A stretch of 64,000 nucleotides of DNA from Nostoc sp. (GTDB lineage Bacteria > Cyanobacteriota > Cyanobacteriia > Cyanobacteriales > Nostocaceae): NCBI GenBank assembly GCA_036918135.1, contig JBALDB010000056.1, positions 224,001 to 288,000 of the forward strand, written 5' to 3'. Within the stretch, counting starts at the first letter, position 1; each line of letters opens with the position of its first letter. Positions 61,077 to 64,000 of this stretch are shown in pieces. The notes under the pieces are model-generated. The model did not search any database. It had not been told where the DNA came from and saw only the letters and a list, made by a program, of their open reading frames with translations. A program made the position numbers and the translations under genes.

Positions 61077-61370
61077 CACCTTTTTGCTTGAAGGTTGAGC
61101 CTTTGAACTTGGAAGTTGCACCTTTTTGCTTGAAGGTTGAGCCTTTGAACTTGGAAGTTGCACCTTTTTGCTTGAAGGTTGAGCCTTTGAACTTGGAAGT
61201 TGCACCTTTTTGCTTGAAGGTTGAGCCTTTGAACTCGAAAGTTGCACCTTTTTACTTGAACGTTGAGCCTTTGAACTCGAAAGTTGCACCTTTTTGCTTG
61301 AACGTTGAGCCTTTGAACTCGGAAGTTGAGCCTTTTTACTTAAACATTGAGCCTTAGAACTCGAAACTTT
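61077..61370 (-). repeat. 21-bp-periodic repeat element, copy 3 (seven 42-bp dimers, inverted relative to copies 1 and 2)
   Basis: Tandem CACCTTTTTGCTTGAAGGTTGAGCCTTTGAACTTGGAAGTTG; its reverse complement contains AAAGGTGCAACTT as in copies 1 and 2. Confidence 0.92.
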
Positions 61371-61478
61371 AGCACTCGTAACCCAACACTCAACACTCAA
61401 CAGTCATCAGTCAGCAACTTCAAACCGGATAATTTATTCTCTGGAAGTTCCTAACCAAAAATTCTTCAGTCTAGCCTC

Positions 61479-61510
61479 TTGACTCTCCACTCAACTGGAG
61501 CATTCAAGAT
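61479..61510 (+). promoter_or_regulatory. MerR-type metal-responsive promoter
   Basis: -35 TTGACT, then a 20-bp spacer containing CTCCA-N6-TGGAG, then -10-like CAAGAT, upstream of the Cu ATPase. Confidence 0.7.
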
Positions 61511-61555
61511 GAAATTAGTTGTTAATTAGCGCCACTTAGTAAGTGGAGTAGTTAG

Positions 61556-63817
61556 ATGGAGAATACTACACTCAAACTGCGCGGCATGAGTTGTGCCTCT
61601 TGTGCTAGGGGTATTGAAGACGCGATTAATTCTGTCCCCGGTGTGAATGAATGTATCGTGAATTTTGGAGCAGAACAGGCCACAGTAAAATATGACCCTA
61701 AAAGAACTGATTTAGAAGCCATTCAAGAGGCGGTAAATGCAGCAGGTTACTCTGCCTACCCACTCCAAGAACAAAACCTAATGGCGGGAGAAGATGATGC
61801 AGAGAAAAGACATCGCTTAAGAGAATCCCGCGATTTAATGCGAAAGGTGGCAGTAGGAGGAATCGTTAGCACTGTGTTGCTTATAGGTTCGCTGCCGATG
61901 ATGACAGGCTTGCACTTACCCTCGATCCCAGTATGGCTGCACAATCCTTGGGTACAGTTAATCCTAACTACCCCAGTACAGTTCTGGTGTGGCTACTCCT
62001 TCTACATCAATAGTTGGAAAGCTTTCAAACGTCATACTGCCACAATGGATACCCTAATCGCTTTGGGTACAAGTGCAGCGTATTTTTATTCGCTATTTCC
62101 TACTTTATTTCCTAGCTTTTTTATCAATCAGGGTTTAATACCAGACGTATATTATGAAACTGCTACTGTCGTCATTACTCTAATTTTGCTAGGAAGACTA
62201 TTTGAAAATCGTGCTAAAGGACAAACCTCACAAGCTATCCGTAAGCTGATTGGGTTACAAGCTAAAACAGCGCGTTTGATTCGCAATGGACGAGAAGTAG
62301 ATGTGCCAATTGAAGAAGTAGAGATTGGAGATATGATACTGGTTCGTCCTGGCGAGAAAATTCCTGTTGATGGGGAAGTGATTGAGGGAGCATCCACAAT
62401 TGATGAAGCGATGGTGACAGGGGAAAGCGTGGCTGTCAAAAAGCAACCAGGCGACGAGGTGATTGGAGCTACTATTAACAAAACTGGGAGTTTCAAGTTT
62501 CGGGCGACACGAGTCGGAAGTGATACTGTACTGGCGCAGATTGTCCAATTAGTACAGCAGGCACAGGGTTCCAAAGCCCCTATTCAGAGATTAGCAGACC
62601 AAGTAACTGGGTGGTTTGTACCTGCGGTGATAGCGATCGCTATCCTCACCTTTATCATTTGGTACAACATCATGGGTAATGTCACCCTGGCATTGATGAC
62701 CACAGTTGGAGTGTTAATTATCGCTTGTCCTTGTGCCTTGGGTTTAGCTACACCAACTTCTGTGATGGTAGGTACAGGTAAAGGTGCAGAAAACGGCATT
62801 TTAATTAAAGGAGCCGAAAGTTTAGAATTAGCACACCAGATTCAAACAATTGTATTAGACAAAACCGGCACAATTACCCAAGGTAAGCCGACAGTTACAG
62901 ATTTTGTCGCAGTCAACGGTACGTTGAACAGCAACGAAATTAAGCTGATACAATTAGCTGCTTCGGTAGAACGCAGTTCCGAACACCCCTTGGCAGAAGC
63001 AGTTGTCAGATACGCCCAATCTCAGGAAGTACGATTGGCAGATGTCAGAGATTTTCAAGCACTTGCCGGTAGTGGCGTACAAGGTATAGTTTTTGAGCGT
63101 CTCGTGCAAATTGGAACGCAGCGATGGATGTCAGAATTAGGCATCGACACCCAAGCTTTACAACAGGATAAAGAGCGTTTGGAATATCTAGGCAAAACTG
63201 CGATTTGGCTGGCGATTGACGGACAAATTCAGGGATTGATGGGCATTTCTGATGCCATCAAACCTACTTCGATACAAGCAATTCGCGCTTTGCAAAAACT
63301 GGGTTTAGAGGTGGCGATGCTGACAGGAGATAATCGCCGCACCGCAGAAAGCATCGCTCGTGAAGTTGGAATCGAGCGCGTCTTAGCCGAAGTTCGCCCT
63401 GAGCAAAAAGCCGCTACAGTGCAGAAATTGCAATCGGAAGGAAAGATTGTGGCAATGGTCGGAGATGGTATCAATGATGCACCAGCATTAGCTCAAGCCG
63501 ATATAGGAATGGCAATTGGCACTGGTACAGATGTAGCGATCGCCGCTAGTGACATTACGCTGATCTCCGGTGACTTAAGAAGCATTGTCACTGCTATTCA
63601 ACTCAGCCGCGCTACGATTCGTAACATCCAGCAAAATTTATTCTTTGCTTTCATCTACAACATTATCGGTATTCCAATTGCTGCGGGTATTCTGTTCCCC
63701 ATCTTTGGTTGGTTGCTTAATCCGATAGTTGCAGGTGCAGCAATGGCATTTAGTTCGGTTTCAGTGGTTATGAATGCTTTACGTCTGCGTAAGTTTGAAG
63801 CTAAATCAGTAGCATAA
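61556..63817 (+). CDS. Cu(I)-transporting P1B-type ATPase (PacS/CopA type)
   Basis: [39 protein letters not shown] and MAFSS. Confidence 0.95.
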   Translation: MENTTLKLRGMSCASCARGIEDAINSVPGVNECIVNFGAEQATVKYDPKRTDLEAIQEAVNAAGYSAYPLQEQNLMAGEDDAEKRHRLRESRDLMRKVAVGGIVSTVLLIGSLPMMTGLHLPSIPVWLHNPWVQLILTTPVQFWCGYSFYINSWKAFKRHTATMDTLIALGTSAAYFYSLFPTLFPSFFINQGLIPDVYYETATVVITLILLGRLFENRAKGQTSQAIRKLIGLQAKTARLIRNGREVDVPIEEVEIGDMILVRPGEKIPVDGEVIEGASTIDEAMVTGESVAVKKQPGDEVIGATINKTGSFKFRATRVGSDTVLAQIVQLVQQAQGSKAPIQRLADQVTGWFVPAVIAIAILTFIIWYNIMGNVTLALMTTVGVLIIACPCALGLATPTSVMVGTGKGAENGILIKGAESLELAHQIQTIVLDKTGTITQGKPTVTDFVAVNGTLNSNEIKLIQLAASVERSSEHPLAEAVVRYAQSQEVRLADVRDFQALAGSGVQGIVFERLVQIGTQRWMSELGIDTQALQQDKERLEYLGKTAIWLAIDGQIQGLMGISDAIKPTSIQAIRALQKLGLEVAMLTGDNRRTAESIAREVGIERVLAEVRPEQKAATVQKLQSEGKIVAMVGDGINDAPALAQADIGMAIGTGTDVAIAASDITLISGDLRSIVTAIQLSRATIRNIQQNLFFAFIYNIIGIPIAAGILFPIFGWLLNPIVAGAAMAFSSVSVVMNALRLRKFEAKSVA

Positions 63818-63827
63818 GGAGGTGCAA

Positions 63828-64000
63828 ATGTTGGCTAAAGTAATTCTTGGCAGTATAGCAAGCTTAGGATTGGCATTGAGCGTTGGCTCAGGTAAAGTAG
63901 TCGCACAGATGAATCATCACATGCCAACTAGCGAGCGATCGCAAACAGTTCAATTCCACCGTATTCAGCAACCACTGGGAGTAAAAGGTACAGTCACAGC
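63828..64000 (+). CDS. 5' part of a secreted or membrane protein, probably cupredoxin-domain
   Basis: AAGGAGG RBS; reads MLAKVILGSIASLGLALSVGSGKVVAQMNHHMP...IQQPLGVK and runs off the window. The family is inferred from context. Confidence 0.6.
   Translation, partial: MLAKVILGSIASLGLALSVGSGKVVAQMNHHMPTSERSQTVQFHRIQQPLGVKGTVT

Noticed and set aside
61074..61400. ORFs 61074-61400 (-) and 61088-61357 (+)
   Set aside because: They are translations of the 42-bp tandem array with no RBS or domain evidence. The KVEP match to the TonB repeats is too short to imply homology.

Overview
A 64-kb chromosomal window from a filamentous, probably heterocyst-forming cyanobacterium (Nostocales). The assignment rests on frequent HIP1 (GCGATCGC) sites, heptameric STRR repeats, a split DnaE intein C-half, PEP-CTERM proteins and devBCA paralogues. 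Most of the window is ordinary chromosomal content: two tandem devBCA-type exporters with a TetR regulator, dnaE-C, speB, holB, the ndhF3-ndhD3-cupA CO2-uptake cluster, thioredoxin, a glutathione transferase and a Cu P-type ATPase. The most unusual part is a ~6.2-kb variable segment (20.4-26.7 kb). It holds a large LRR-Roc-COR-TIR gene convergent with a TIR gene carrying an EAD9-like tail. These two genes are bracketed by direct copies of a non-coding 21-bp-periodic repeat element, with a fused pair of N-terminally truncated toxin genes on one side and a decayed copy of the speB 3' end on the other. A third member of the 21-bp repeat family lies at 61.1 kb. Other notable items are a Tat-signal beta-carbonic anhydrase and a CDP-alcohol phosphotransferase inside the NDH-1(3) cluster, a ModA-like binding protein with a PEP-CTERM-type tail, an ERD-to-ECD variant of the DnaE IntC, and many nested miniature repeat elements. 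No rRNA, tRNA, CRISPR array or intact transposase was recognised. All family assignments come from motif recognition by eye, not from database searches.
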